From Nitrosopumilus sp. (GTDB lineage: Archaea > Thermoproteota > Nitrososphaeria > Nitrososphaerales > Nitrosopumilaceae), in contig CBDBGZ010000009.1 of assembly GCA_965205425.1 (NCBI GenBank), forward strand, positions 736,001 through 800,000: a DNA stretch of 64,000 nucleotides. The letters run 5' to 3'. Below the pieces are notes generated by a model, which ran no database searches, was not told where the DNA came from, and saw nothing but the letters and a program-made list of their open reading frames with translations. Both the position numbers and the translations under genes were made by a program. Below, piece by piece: positions 42,597 to 52,723 of this stretch (positions are counted from its first letter, which is position 1; each line of letters starts with the position of its first letter).

Positions 42597-42884
42597 ATGT
42601 CAAAACAACAATACAGGTCCGAAATGGGCATAATGGGTGATATCTTAGACGTAACCGCTGATGGCGGTCGTGGTGGAGTCATTGTATCTGCAATCTCTCG
42701 CAAAGCCAACCTATCTCACTATGCAGTACTAGACAAATGTGAGAAACTGGTAGAAGCAGGCTTAGTCGAATCCGTCAAAAACGACAGAAATAGAGTCTTT
42801 TTGATAACTGAAAAAGGACTTCAGTTTTTCCAGGAATTCAAGAGATTTCAGGGACTCGTCGAAAGCATGAATCTAAGGTATTGA
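42597..42884 (+). CDS. Archaeal winged-HTH transcriptional regulator
   Basis: YRSEMGIMGDIL...ISRKANLS...LVEAGLV...ITEKG. Confidence 0.85.
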   Translation: MSKQQYRSEMGIMGDILDVTADGGRGGVIVSAISRKANLSHYAVLDKCEKLVEAGLVESVKNDRNRVFLITEKGLQFFQEFKRFQGLVESMNLRY

Positions 42885-42888
42885 ACAT

Positions 42889-43929
42889 ATGAATCCCGTA
42901 ATCATACCAATTCATAGGAAAGAGTCTCTTCGAGAAGATGGAATGCTTTTTGTAAGGACTGATGGTATCCTCGATACAATGGTCAAAATACCTCTTTTGG
43001 TAGCAAGTATAATCATTGTTGCAGCCATTATGCCAATTCAGTCTTCATTCAGTTCTCCTAGAGTTTTAGATCTAATCGTTTATCCAGATGGAACAACTCA
43101 TGTTTCTGCAGAAATTGATATGGATCCATTAACTACTGATTACGAACTTGAATTATTCGGTAGTACAATTGATAATTTTGTTGCCGTAAGTGAAAATGAT
43201 TTTTTACTTGAGTCTGACGTTATTGGTAACTCAGCATTGATTGAAACTTTTGGTTCGTCTGTTATTTCTATACAATATGATATTCATGATTTAGTATCTA
43301 AACAAGGTAAAATTTGGACATTTTCTTTAGATACACCTTCTGATTTTACATTACTTTTACCAACAAATTCTGTAATAGTTAGCATGACAAATATTCCACT
43401 AAATTCTGAAATCATAAATCATCAAAATCGATTGACATTGTCTGGTGGTAATACCGAAATCGATTATCTTTTCAGTACAATACAAAATCCCCCAATCATT
43501 GTTGATCCAATTATCCCATCCGTTACGACTAATCCAACTGATCCAAATTATATAATCTATGCTGCAATTGCTGGTGTTGCAATTGCTGGTGCAGTTGGAA
43601 TTCTAGTAATTGCTAAAACAAAACAAAAAAATGAAACCCTTGAAGAAAAACAAACAATTCAAATTTCTTCAAATACTGAAACAATAGATACTGATACAAT
43701 TTTCAAACTAAAACCAGATATTCGTGAAGATGATAAAGAGATAGTGAAGTTTATCTCTGATAATGGAGGAGAAGTACTTGAAAGTGATTTGCGTAAAAAA
43801 TTCTTACAGCCAAGAACTACAATGTGGCGTGCAGTTAAACGATTAGAACGTCATGGTATTATTGAAATTGAAAAGAAAGACATGCAGAACCTAGTAAAAC
43901 TACGCAAGGATATGGAGCAAGAAGAATGA
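42889..43929 (+). CDS. Membrane-spanning regulator with extracellular domain, TM and cytoplasmic wHTH
   Basis: Signal, TM IIYAAIAGVAIAGAVGILVI, GGEVLESDLRK...PRTTMWRAVKRLERHG. Confidence 0.8.
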   Translation: MNPVIIPIHRKESLREDGMLFVRTDGILDTMVKIPLLVASIIIVAAIMPIQSSFSSPRVLDLIVYPDGTTHVSAEIDMDPLTTDYELELFGSTIDNFVAVSENDFLLESDVIGNSALIETFGSSVISIQYDIHDLVSKQGKIWTFSLDTPSDFTLLLPTNSVIVSMTNIPLNSEIINHQNRLTLSGGNTEIDYLFSTIQNPPIIVDPIIPSVTTNPTDPNYIIYAAIAGVAIAGAVGILVIAKTKQKNETLEEKQTIQISSNTETIDTDTIFKLKPDIREDDKEIVKFISDNGGEVLESDLRKKFLQPRTTMWRAVKRLERHGIIEIEKKDMQNLVKLRKDMEQEE

Positions 43930-44741
43930 AAGCATTAGCATTATTTACAATATTTGTATTAATTTTTGGAACAGGATCTATTTCACTTACAAGTACTGCA
44001 TATGCACAAAATGATCCTTACATTTTATTACGTATTGCTACACAAGCTGATAATCAAATCTTTAAGCAATTAGATAGAATCTATGGTGATTCAATTCCTT
44101 CTGATATAGAAACATTATATCAAACAGGTCACATTGCAGTAGAATCATTAGAAAATTCTTTGCCTGATGATGTAGAAAATGCCAAAGAAAATTTCCTTAT
44201 CGCTATGAAAGCATTTAAACAAATTACAAGAATGATTTCTGAACCTACTGGAGAAACAAGAAATATTTCATCTGATGTACATGATAGAGATCTTCAAAGT
44301 GAACTAAAGAGATTACACAAATATTTTGAAAATATAAAGAAAATATCAGAAAAACATGATACAGGAATTGACTTATCTGATATTGAACAATTGTTTATTC
44401 AAGCACGTCAACAAATAAACAATGATGAAATTGAAGCAGCAAGTCAAACCATTGAACAATTAGAATCTCTTATTGAAATAATCAAACAAGATATTCGTGA
44501 TCATGCATCACATTCAACTTCTGATAGAAGTAAGAATTTTGCTTTAAAGCAATTAGACAGAATCAAGGATACATTAGATGAAGCTACATCTGTCAATCCT
44601 GATATGCCTGAAATTGAAGAGGCAAATTCTTTGATTCAAGAAATTGAAACTTTGCTTTCCGAAGACAATATTTCTGATGCAAAGAAAGAATTTAGAAAAT
44701 TGATTAAATTGGTAAATATTATCAAAGAATCGATTAGTTAG
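43926..44741 (+). CDS. Secreted helical hypothetical protein
   Basis: Signal peptide; ATGA overlap with the upstream gene. Confidence 0.7.
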   Translation: MKALALFTIFVLIFGTGSISLTSTAYAQNDPYILLRIATQADNQIFKQLDRIYGDSIPSDIETLYQTGHIAVESLENSLPDDVENAKENFLIAMKAFKQITRMISEPTGETRNISSDVHDRDLQSELKRLHKYFENIKKISEKHDTGIDLSDIEQLFIQARQQINNDEIEAASQTIEQLESLIEIIKQDIRDHASHSTSDRSKNFALKQLDRIKDTLDEATSVNPDMPEIEEANSLIQEIETLLSEDNISDAKKEFRKLIKLVNIIKESIS

Positions 44742-44775
44742 ATAGCATAAGCTTCATATACATTTTCTAAAGAAT

Positions 44776-44976
44776 TTGAACATGGCATCTAAAGCAATCA
44801 CTGTTTGTGTTGGGATACCCATGATTATTGTTGGTGCTTTGATGGCGTGGTTATGGGCTCCAATTGAAGGAGATCTTCAAAACCAAATAGAACTTGTAGG
44901 AAGTACAATTGGAATCTTAGGTGTGATATTCTTTATCTCTGGTTTGTTTTATACAAAAGAGCCAGTAATGCATTAG
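44776..44976 (+). CDS. Small membrane protein
   Basis: Two TMs. Confidence 0.6.
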   Translation: MNMASKAITVCVGIPMIIVGALMAWLWAPIEGDLQNQIELVGSTIGILGVIFFISGLFYTKEPVMH

Positions 44977-45017
44977 AAACTCATTGAATAAATAATGAAA
45001 AAAATTACGATTATTAC

Positions 45018-45731
45018 TTGAAAGTCAGATTATTTGAAATATTTACATCAGTTGAAGGTGAAGGGATTCTTTATGGAACAAAGACTCTTTTTGTGAGACT
45101 GGCAGGATGTCCGTTTACTTGTTTTTATTGTGATACAAAAGAATCTCTTCCACTTGATTCTGGAACAGAGTATTCTATTGATGATGCTAATCAGTTAATT
45201 GATTCTAATTTGAAAAATCAAACTTACAAAGTAAACTTTACAGGTGGTGATCCGCTAATCCAACATGAAGCAGTTGCATTACTTGCAAAACATATTCAAG
45301 ATAAAAAAATTCCAACATACCTTGAATCATCATGTTTTGATATTGACAGGTTTAATCATGTTTTACCTTTTATCGATATTGTTAAAATTGAATTTAAAAC
45401 AAAAGATTCAGATTTTGTTGATTCAAAACACTATGAAAAATTAATTGGTCACACAATGAAATGTTTAGAATCATCTGTAAAATCAAAGAAAACAACATAC
45501 ATCAAGATAGTAGTAAGTTCAAAAACTCAACCTAATGAATTTTCAAATTTAGTAAAAGAAATTTTCAATATTGTATCTAAAGATGACATTGATGGATTTA
45601 TCATCCAACCCACATATGGAATATCAGAACCATCATTAAATTTGTTATTGGAATTATACGATTTAGTATATCCTAATTACATTGATGTTAAAGTGGTACC
45701 ACAATTACACAAATTTATTGGTGCTCCATAA
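45018..45731 (+). CDS. queE: 7-carboxy-7-deazaguanine synthase
   Basis: EIFTSVEGEG, CPFTCFYCD radical-SAM motif, PQLHK. Confidence 0.92.
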   Translation: MKVRLFEIFTSVEGEGILYGTKTLFVRLAGCPFTCFYCDTKESLPLDSGTEYSIDDANQLIDSNLKNQTYKVNFTGGDPLIQHEAVALLAKHIQDKKIPTYLESSCFDIDRFNHVLPFIDIVKIEFKTKDSDFVDSKHYEKLIGHTMKCLESSVKSKKTTYIKIVVSSKTQPNEFSNLVKEIFNIVSKDDIDGFIIQPTYGISEPSLNLLLELYDLVYPNYIDVKVVPQLHKFIGAP

Positions 45732-45795
45732 AATTAACACCTGCCTAATAATCTGCTTAGGTTCAAATACTAGAAAACTTCTGTGAGATCATAAA

Positions 45796-46353
45796 ATGGA
45801 CCAAGAACGTGTAAAAAAACTTGTTAGAGAATTAATCATAGAAGTTGGAGAAGATCCTACACGTGAGGGTTTACGTGAAACTCCAGAAAGAATTGCAAAT
45901 ATGTACAAAGAAATCTTTGGAGGATATGATTCTGATTCAGAATTATCAGTACAATTCTCAGAAGACTCTGACGTAGTTATTGCTCGTGATATTCAGTTTT
46001 ATTCAATGTGTGAACACCACATGTTACCATTTTTTGGGAAAATTCACATCGCTTATTCACCAAATGGTAGAGTATTTGGTATTTCAAAACTTGTCAGACT
46101 AGTTGAAAAATATTCAAAAAGACTTCAAATCCAAGAACGATTAACCAAAAATATTGCTGATGAACTCCATTCTCAAGGAGTAAAGGGAGTTGTAGTTTTG
46201 GCTGATGCTGAACATCTTTGTATGAAAATGCGTGGTGTCAAAAATGACGCAAAACTTTCTTCATCAGCATTTAGAGGAATCTATGAAAATAAAGAGGAAA
46301 AAGCAGGAATAATGTCACTAATTAGACAACGTGGCTCAGATTTGTCGTTATAG
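45796..46353 (+). CDS. folE: GTP cyclohydrolase I
   Basis: SMCEHH, QIQERLT, HLCMKMRG. Confidence 0.96.
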   Translation: MDQERVKKLVRELIIEVGEDPTREGLRETPERIANMYKEIFGGYDSDSELSVQFSEDSDVVIARDIQFYSMCEHHMLPFFGKIHIAYSPNGRVFGISKLVRLVEKYSKRLQIQERLTKNIADELHSQGVKGVVVLADAEHLCMKMRGVKNDAKLSSSAFRGIYENKEEKAGIMSLIRQRGSDLSL

Positions 46354-46396
46354 ACAATACTGAAAAATTAAATAATCAATATTTTTCATCACAATC

Positions 46397-46648
46397 ATGG
46401 GAGCAAATCCATACATCCACATTCCAAAAGAATCATTTCCAAATTGGATTTGGTATACAATTGAATGTGTTATAGTTATTGCAATTTCTATGCTCACATC
46501 AAGTAAAATCACTGATTCAATTGAAGGACTAAACCCTGAAGTACAAAACTATGTGTTTATGGGAATTGTAGGCGCATTCTTTTTAATTTGGTATATTGGA
46601 ATCAGAGGAATAATTCTAAAAAAGAAAATTCTAAAGAACAGCTACTAA
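46397..46648 (+). CDS. Small membrane protein
   Basis: Two TMs. Confidence 0.6.
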   Translation: MGANPYIHIPKESFPNWIWYTIECVIVIAISMLTSSKITDSIEGLNPEVQNYVFMGIVGAFFLIWYIGIRGIILKKKILKNSY

Positions 46649-46650
46649 AA

Positions 46651-47325
46651 TCATTTTAGATATTTTGTTTTATCTATAATTCCAGCTTTTTCAAATGCAA
46701 TTTTTCTGTTGTTACAGGATTCACAAACTCCACAATGATATTTTTTATTTGAATAACAACTCCATGTTTTGAATATAGAATCACCTAAAACTTTGATTCC
46801 TGATTTCAATAAATCACTTTTTGATAAACCTTTACGATATGGAGACCAAATTTCTATATTTTTTCGTAATTTTGATTTAATCCCGTCAATCTCTCCTTGA
46901 TTAAATGCAGTTTCTAGTTTTTTTGCAAAAGCTGGTCTGCAATCAGGATAGTATTTGTCTCCAGTATGGGCACCATATACTACCAATGATGCATTTAATG
47001 TAAAAGCCCAAGCTGATGCAATTGATAGAAAAACTGCATTTCTAATTGGTACAACAATTGAATATTCAAACTTGCTAGGAATTTTTCTCTTGGAACTTGT
47101 TAAAACATTAGAATTTCCGTATAATTCTTTCATAAAACCAATATCAATAATTCTATGTTGTTTTAATCCTAATTTTTTTGCAAACGATTTTGCAGCTGCA
47201 ATCTCGCTATTTGCTTTTTGTCCATATGAAAATGTAATTCCATACAACTCATATTTTGATTTCAAATATGATACAGCACAAACAGAATCAATTCCTCCAC
47301 TAAAAACAATGACTGCTTTTTTCAT
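46651..47325 (-). CDS. queC: 7-cyano-7-deazaguanine synthase
   Basis: SGGIDS, VPIRNA, YPDCRP, TWSCY...HCGVCESC; start placed at MKKAV. Confidence 0.95.
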   Translation of the reverse strand: MKKAVIVFSGGIDSVCAVSYLKSKYELYGITFSYGQKANSEIAAAKSFAKKLGLKQHRIIDIGFMKELYGNSNVLTSSKRKIPSKFEYSIVVPIRNAVFLSIASAWAFTLNASLVVYGAHTGDKYYPDCRPAFAKKLETAFNQGEIDGIKSKLRKNIEIWSPYRKGLSKSDLLKSGIKVLGDSIFKTWSCYSNKKYHCGVCESCNNRKIAFEKAGIIDKTKYLK

Positions 47326-47335
47326 ACCATATTCT

Positions 47336-48259
47336 CTATTTTCTCTTATCTGCTGCACCTTTACTAGGTTTACAAATAACTGTTTGACATTTTGTATTTG
47401 CAGTTGCAAATCCTTTTGACATAGCCAAACTAATTTTTTTCAAATCAGATGTACTCTTTGAAAATGCTATGATTGATGGACCTGCACCACTAATCGTAAC
47501 TCCTAATGCGCCAGCCTTAATAGCATTTTTTTTAACTTTAGAAAAACTTGGAATCATATGTTTTCTGGCAGGCTCAACAATCACATCCTTTATTGAATTC
47601 CCTATCAATTCTGGATCTTTTTTCATAAATCCTGCTACAATTGTTGAAGCATTTGATAAATTCAAAATACTATCAGTTAACTTGATGTTTTTTGGAATTA
47701 CTCCTCTTGATACTTTGGTTTTTTTCTTTGGAACATCAATTGTTGGGACTGCAACACACATTCTAAGATTAGAAGGTGGTTCAATTCTAACAACATCCAA
47801 GGGATTTGTTCTTACTATTACAAAACCTCCTAGAACAGAAGCTGCAACATTATCATAATGAACTGTTCCTGCACTAGCTTTTTCTCCAGACCCTGCAAAT
47901 TCTACCAATGAATTTCCATCAAGTTTTAATCCAAATAGCTTATCAAATGCAACTGCAGCTGCTGCAGCTGATGCTGCACTACTCCCCATTCCAAATCCTG
48001 CGGGGATTCCCTTTTTAATTTTAATTTCTATTCCCTTTTTAATTTTTAATTTCTTTTTCATATTCTTTACAACTAATCCTGCTGTATTTTTTTCAGGATT
48101 TGTAGGAATGTTATCATCTGTAACTATCTTGATACCACTTTTTATCTTGGTTAGTGTAACTGTATCATAAAATGCATCTACTGCTAATCCAAATACATCA
48201 AAACCTGGACCAAGATTTGCAGTTGAAGAAGGCGCTTTTACTGTAACTTTTGATACCAT
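47336..48259 (-). CDS. thrB: Homoserine kinase
   Basis: ANLGPGFD, GMGSSAAS, HYDNV, SGAGPS. Confidence 0.95.
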   Translation of the reverse strand: MVSKVTVKAPSSTANLGPGFDVFGLAVDAFYDTVTLTKIKSGIKIVTDDNIPTNPEKNTAGLVVKNMKKKLKIKKGIEIKIKKGIPAGFGMGSSAASAAAAAVAFDKLFGLKLDGNSLVEFAGSGEKASAGTVHYDNVAASVLGGFVIVRTNPLDVVRIEPPSNLRMCVAVPTIDVPKKKTKVSRGVIPKNIKLTDSILNLSNASTIVAGFMKKDPELIGNSIKDVIVEPARKHMIPSFSKVKKNAIKAGALGVTISGAGPSIIAFSKSTSDLKKISLAMSKGFATANTKCQTVICKPSKGAADKRK

Positions 48260-49018
48260 CTAATCTTCTACCTCCTCGCCCAAATTAAGAATTCTACTCA
48301 AAGCACCTTCAAGATTCACAAGACCATCTCCAGTCACATTTGATATTGGAATTAATCCTTGTGCAAATCCCCCTAAATTCAATCCTCGTAAAATATTCGT
48401 AGTTAAAGTATACGTATCCCCATCTGTATCTTTGGAGATAGCATTCTCCAAAGTTTTCAAATTTGTAGACCATTGCAAAATATCTTTTAATTTATCACCA
48501 ATTAGATCTGTTTTAGTTAGCACATTAACTGTTGGCAAATTTAATCTCAATCTTATTGATGTTGCAAGTAGTGCAATTGAAACAAAATTCACTGGAGTAT
48601 TGATTAATGCACCATCAAAAAGAAATATGCTTGTTTTTTCTTCTGATGTAAGATTTTCTATAATAAAACGTCCACTAGAGCGATATGCAAATAATTCAAT
48701 TTGACCAGGTGTATCTACTATAAGATAATCGGGATTTACTTTGTTCACATCATTTTGAATTTCATCAATTTTTGATGCAATCAAATCATTTGCCATTACC
48801 ATGGCCCCATTTGGACCTAAATCATATTGTTGCATTATTGATACATAATCTACATAATCTCTAACATCCACATCACAAGTATACGCTAAATTTTCTACCC
48901 CTGGATCTAAATTCAATACAGCAGCAAATGTTCCATTCTTTGTATAATACTCGTGTAGCTTTGATGAAAGTAATGACTTTCCTGAACCTGCAGTACCTGA
49001 AACAAAAATTGTTTTCAA
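48260..49018 (-). CDS. GPN-loop GTPase
   Basis: GTAGSGKS, NLDP, LGPNG, DTPGQIE. Confidence 0.92.
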   Translation of the reverse strand: MKTIFVSGTAGSGKSLLSSKLHEYYTKNGTFAAVLNLDPGVENLAYTCDVDVRDYVDYVSIMQQYDLGPNGAMVMANDLIASKIDEIQNDVNKVNPDYLIVDTPGQIELFAYRSSGRFIIENLTSEEKTSIFLFDGALINTPVNFVSIALLATSIRLRLNLPTVNVLTKTDLIGDKLKDILQWSTNLKTLENAISKDTDGDTYTLTTNILRGLNLGGFAQGLIPISNVTGDGLVNLEGALSRILNLGEEVED

Positions 49019-49156
49019 TCCGTCTAGTTTTCTCTATTTGCTTATATTTCAAACTAGCTCGTTTTATTAGATTTTTTCTTTGAAACTTCCAAATTGGCAT
49101 TCTAAATTAGAGAAAAATTCCACCTTATCTTTAATTGATTTACTTATACTTCATCT

Positions 49157-49351
49157 ATGAGTCAAAGCACATTAGAAAAAGAAGCTTATCTGAAAGACTT
49201 GGTAGAAAAACTGCTCAAAGATAGAAATCTTTCAGATTTTGAAATGCTAGATAATCTATTTGAAGAAATTAAACAAGAATTACAAAATATTAAAACTACA
49301 GATAAGAAATCATCACTCAGCACATTTTTTGAGGAGAATAAAACAAAATGA
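49157..49351 (+). CDS. Hypothetical protein
   Basis: 64-aa ORF. Confidence 0.4.
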   Translation: MSQSTLEKEAYLKDLVEKLLKDRNLSDFEMLDNLFEEIKQELQNIKTTDKKSSLSTFFEENKTK

Positions 49352-49558
49352 GTGCAGATCTTAGAGATACAGAACAAGAACTCATTTTTGAGCTTGCAGT
49401 AAAGACTGACAAGTTTATGAAAAAACTCAAGGAATCTGCAAAAAAGAATCGAGTACAAATGTGACTCAAATCAAATAAATCTACAAATCCTACCTAATTC
49501 CCATGCCTAAATCTAGGCATAAATTTTCTCTGACTGGAAATTTACTCAACTTTCATAT

Positions 49559-50599
49559 TTGATTCCTAAAAAAAATTATCAAATGAACTGGAGATTAATC
49601 GCTATTCCTATCACATTAATTCCTATTTTCATTATTGCTATTCAATTTGATATTCAAATTGAAGACGTACTTGCAATTGGACTATTTCCATTTGTTGGCG
49701 CAATTGTTGCCATGATGATCAAATTGGGTCTTCAAGGAGTTAAATTTGCATATATTACACGAAAATATCTTGGTAACTTTGATTCATTTTTTAAATTAGT
49801 TGGAGTTAGAGTTGGTAGTGAATTTATTAAATTTACAACTCCAATGTTTATTGGAGCCGAATTTGTTGTAATTTATTATCTGCATAAGAAAGGTGCAAAA
49901 CCTGCAAAATCTGCATGGATTGCAATAATGGATATTGTAACTGAAGTATTTGCAGCAGGTTTACTTTCTATTATGGCAGGAATAATTGCATTACTTAGTG
50001 GTGCATATGTGGTTGCAGCAGTTATCTTGGCTACTAGTATTATAATTACATCTTTGTGGATGGTAATGTTCTTCCTTTCCTCCAAACATACTTTCCAAGT
50101 TCCTAAAGTGTTAGAAAACCTTGCAACAAGATTTGGAAAAGAAAAGGGATCTAAAGCCATAGACAAAACAAACACTTGGATGGAAGAAGTATGTACTATG
50201 AGCCGAGAAAACCTAAAAACTTCTGAATCTAAAAAAATCTTTGTTGTTTCATTCTTGTTTTCATTAGTATCTTGGTCATTTTATGGAATCTCCTTTATGA
50301 TTATTGCAATGGGAACTGACTTTACAATTAATGCATTTGATTCTATCATGGCAGTTATGGGTGCAAATGCAATTGGAAATTTGCCAATTACTATAGGCGG
50401 ATCTGGTCTTGCAGAATTTGGAATCATTGCATATTTGAATAATTTAGATCCATTTGCATTTGAAATTACAGAGGGAGTTGTAGGTTGGGATGCAGTAATT
50501 GGTTGGAGAATTGCAACATATTATGTTCCAATTGTGATTACATGGTTACTTTTAGTTAAATTAGCCTTGAGTAAGATACCAAAATCCCAGTCTTCATAG
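49559..50599 (+). CDS. UPF0104/LPG-synthase-TM (flippase-like) membrane protein
   Basis: TP..IGAE, PITIGGSGLAE, WRIATYY. Confidence 0.82.
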   Translation: MIPKKNYQMNWRLIAIPITLIPIFIIAIQFDIQIEDVLAIGLFPFVGAIVAMMIKLGLQGVKFAYITRKYLGNFDSFFKLVGVRVGSEFIKFTTPMFIGAEFVVIYYLHKKGAKPAKSAWIAIMDIVTEVFAAGLLSIMAGIIALLSGAYVVAAVILATSIIITSLWMVMFFLSSKHTFQVPKVLENLATRFGKEKGSKAIDKTNTWMEEVCTMSRENLKTSESKKIFVVSFLFSLVSWSFYGISFMIIAMGTDFTINAFDSIMAVMGANAIGNLPITIGGSGLAEFGIIAYLNNLDPFAFEITEGVVGWDAVIGWRIATYYVPIVITWLLLVKLALSKIPKSQSS

Positions 50600-50671
50600 A
50601 AACCACTCTATATATAATATATATATCATATAAATTATAACTATTATATATGATGTGTAATAATATGGTCT

Positions 50672-51814
50672 ATGTCTCTTAAAGTTTTAGATAAATCATT
50701 AGAAGATTATTTAACATCAGTTTTCATCATATCTCACAGTCATAGTACAGTCAGTTCCTATCGTTTAGCTATTACAAATAAACACAAAACAGGATTTAGA
50801 GAATTTTTATCACAAAAATATTCTATTGATGAATTTGAATTTGTTGAGAAAGTAAATAATGAATCTCTAGATGTTTACAAAATTCTAAATGAATATGTTG
50901 TATTTCTTGATTCTAATAATTACAAACCAAAATCAATAATGAGTAGAATGGCTGCTGTTAAAGGATATCTTAGAAATTTGGGTTTAAGATTTAATTCTGA
51001 AGATTACAAACAAATGGTTCGTATTCCACGAATAATTAGACAGAGAGAAGAACCTGTAACCAAAGAATTAATTGCAAAATTACAAAGAAATCTACCTCCC
51101 AAACTACAAACCATTGTTTTAGTTCTTTCATCTAGTGGAATAAGATTAGATGAATTAGTACAATTAGAATTAGATGATATTGATTTCACAACTCATCCGA
51201 CTACAATTAGTTTACGAGCAGAAACTACAAAAACTAAAACTGAAAGAGAAACATTTCTTACAACAGAAGCTACCAATTCCCTAAGAGAATACCTCTCAAG
51301 ATCTTTTGAATGGAATGAAAATAGCAAAAATCTTCATCTAAAAGAAATCAAAATCTTTGGAAGAACATCAAAAATGAAGAATCTAAAACGAAAATCAAAT
51401 CCAAAACAACCTCCACATCTTCATGCCGAAAGTTTACTACATGGAAGTTTCAGATATTTCCTTGAAAAAAATCCTGAACTTGATTCTAGGAATAAAAATG
51501 GCAGAAAGGTAGTTCATTTTCATGCATTTAGAAAGTTTTTCAGAACTACAGTTGGAAATGTTTGTGGAAGAGACTTTGCTGAAGAATTAATGGGTCATGG
51601 ATTCTATATGGATACGTACTATCAACTATCTACTGAAAAAAGACAAAAAATGTATCTAGAAGCAGAACCTCATCTTACAATCTCTGATTTTAAAGAAGTT
51701 GAGAAGAATTTAAAAACACTATCCATGAAATATGCAGAATTAGAAGCAAAGTTCAACGAGTTTAAACTACAATCAAGAGATAACAGTCTTCAAGTTCCAG
51801 AATTTATGAAATGA
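50672..51814 (+). CDS. Tyrosine recombinase/integrase
   Basis: SSGIRLDE (R), TKTK (K), HAFRK (HxxR), LMGH, downstream Tyr. Confidence 0.92.
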   Translation: MSLKVLDKSLEDYLTSVFIISHSHSTVSSYRLAITNKHKTGFREFLSQKYSIDEFEFVEKVNNESLDVYKILNEYVVFLDSNNYKPKSIMSRMAAVKGYLRNLGLRFNSEDYKQMVRIPRIIRQREEPVTKELIAKLQRNLPPKLQTIVLVLSSSGIRLDELVQLELDDIDFTTHPTTISLRAETTKTKTERETFLTTEATNSLREYLSRSFEWNENSKNLHLKEIKIFGRTSKMKNLKRKSNPKQPPHLHAESLLHGSFRYFLEKNPELDSRNKNGRKVVHFHAFRKFFRTTVGNVCGRDFAEELMGHGFYMDTYYQLSTEKRQKMYLEAEPHLTISDFKEVEKNLKTLSMKYAELEAKFNEFKLQSRDNSLQVPEFMK

Positions 51815-52134
51815 TTACAAGAGAAGAGATTATTCAAATTCTTCGCAAGCGTGAAGCACGTCTTGAAAAATGGCTATCTGAAAAACCAGATAAAAAATCT
51901 GTATTACAATTAAAGCAAGATTTCAAAAAATGGAGTAAAGATATTGATGATTCAACTAGACTAGCTCAAGAAAATGATCCATTATTTCCTAAAGATAGCT
52001 TGAATTCATCATATACATTCATGAACATGTTTGGCGCTACATTTGCAAATTATGTGGTTGCAATACATTACATCAAAAAATTAGAAGAAGAATTAAAGAA
52101 ATTAAATAAAAAAACAAAAAAATCTAAATTTTAA
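51811..52134 (+). CDS. Hypothetical protein coupled to the integrase
   Basis: ATGA overlap with the integrase stop. Confidence 0.6.
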   Translation: MITREEIIQILRKREARLEKWLSEKPDKKSVLQLKQDFKKWSKDIDDSTRLAQENDPLFPKDSLNSSYTFMNMFGATFANYVVAIHYIKKLEEELKKLNKKTKKSKF

Positions 52135-52282
52135 AATCCTTTCTCCAATATTGATTCAGATTTGCTCCATTCCATGAAAACATCTCTAAAAGGAACAAAC
52201 ATCCTCTACAAACACCAAATTCTACCCAAATTCCATTCCTAGATGTGTTCTTGTGAGGAATTTCACAGATTTTACATCTCAT
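52124..52282 (-). CDS. CxxC-CxxC microprotein (52 aa)
   Basis: MRCKICEIPHKNTSRNGIWVEFGVCRGCLFLLEMFSWNGANLNQYWRKDFKI; ATGA overlap with upstream ORF. Confidence 0.6.
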   Translation of the reverse strand: MRCKICEIPHKNTSRNGIWVEFGVCRGCLFLLEMFSWNGANLNQYWRKDFKI

Positions 52283-52416
52283 TGCCATTCATTCCTACAA
52301 TTCTCACAATACCAACAAAAGATTGGTTTTGATTTTGGTTTAATTTGAGATACATTTGGTGCAATTAAAAATATACTAGTATCTTCACTGTTACAATTAG
52401 GACACACTTTACTCAT
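52279..52416 (-). CDS. Zn-ribbon microprotein (45 aa)
   Basis: MSKVCPNCNSEDTSIFLIAPNVSQIKPKSKPIFCWYCENCRNEWQ; AGGAGA upstream. Confidence 0.7.
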   Translation of the reverse strand: MSKVCPNCNSEDTSIFLIAPNVSQIKPKSKPIFCWYCENCRNEWQ

Positions 52417-52504
52417 TTTGATTTCTCCTACAATTATTACATAATTTATCACCTGTTCTGATCAGTACTTTTAGATTACATACTTTGCAATAACGTAGTG
52501 TCAT
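52409..52504 (-). CDS. CxxC-CxxC microprotein (31 aa)
   Basis: MTLRYCKVCNLKVLIRTGDKLCNNCRRNQNE. Confidence 0.5.
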   Translation of the reverse strand: MTLRYCKVCNLKVLIRTGDKLCNNCRRNQNE

Positions 52505-52518
52505 CCATTCCTTTCTTC

Positions 52519-52722
52519 TTAACAATCTGAATCCTCCAGCATATGTTCATTGTATCTTTCTTGAAGTTTTGATAGAATATGTTGTTGTTCTAATATTGTT
52601 TCTTCAAAAATCCTGATTTTCCCTCTATAGCAATCTAATTCTGCTTCCATTTTTTGGATTTCATGTTCTACATTTGCAATATCAATACGTTTTGGTAATG
52701 TCTTTCTTAATTGACCATGCAT
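52519..52722 (-). CDS. Small coiled-coil protein
   Basis: 67 aa, co-oriented in the island operon. Confidence 0.55.
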   Translation of the reverse strand: MHGQLRKTLPKRIDIANVEHEIQKMEAELDCYRGKIRIFEETILEQQHILSKLQERYNEHMLEDSDC

Positions 52723-52723
52723 C

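Noticed and set aside
45018..47325. queE/folE/queC as a Dpd-like 7-deazaguanine DNA modification system
   Set aside because: No dpdA-like gene nearby and the context is housekeeping; best explained as preQ0/archaeosine synthesis
5221..48704. Many 60-150 aa antisense ORFs in the track (for example 5221, 9552, 34733, 46955, 47469)
   Set aside because: Shadows of well-supported genes on the opposite strand
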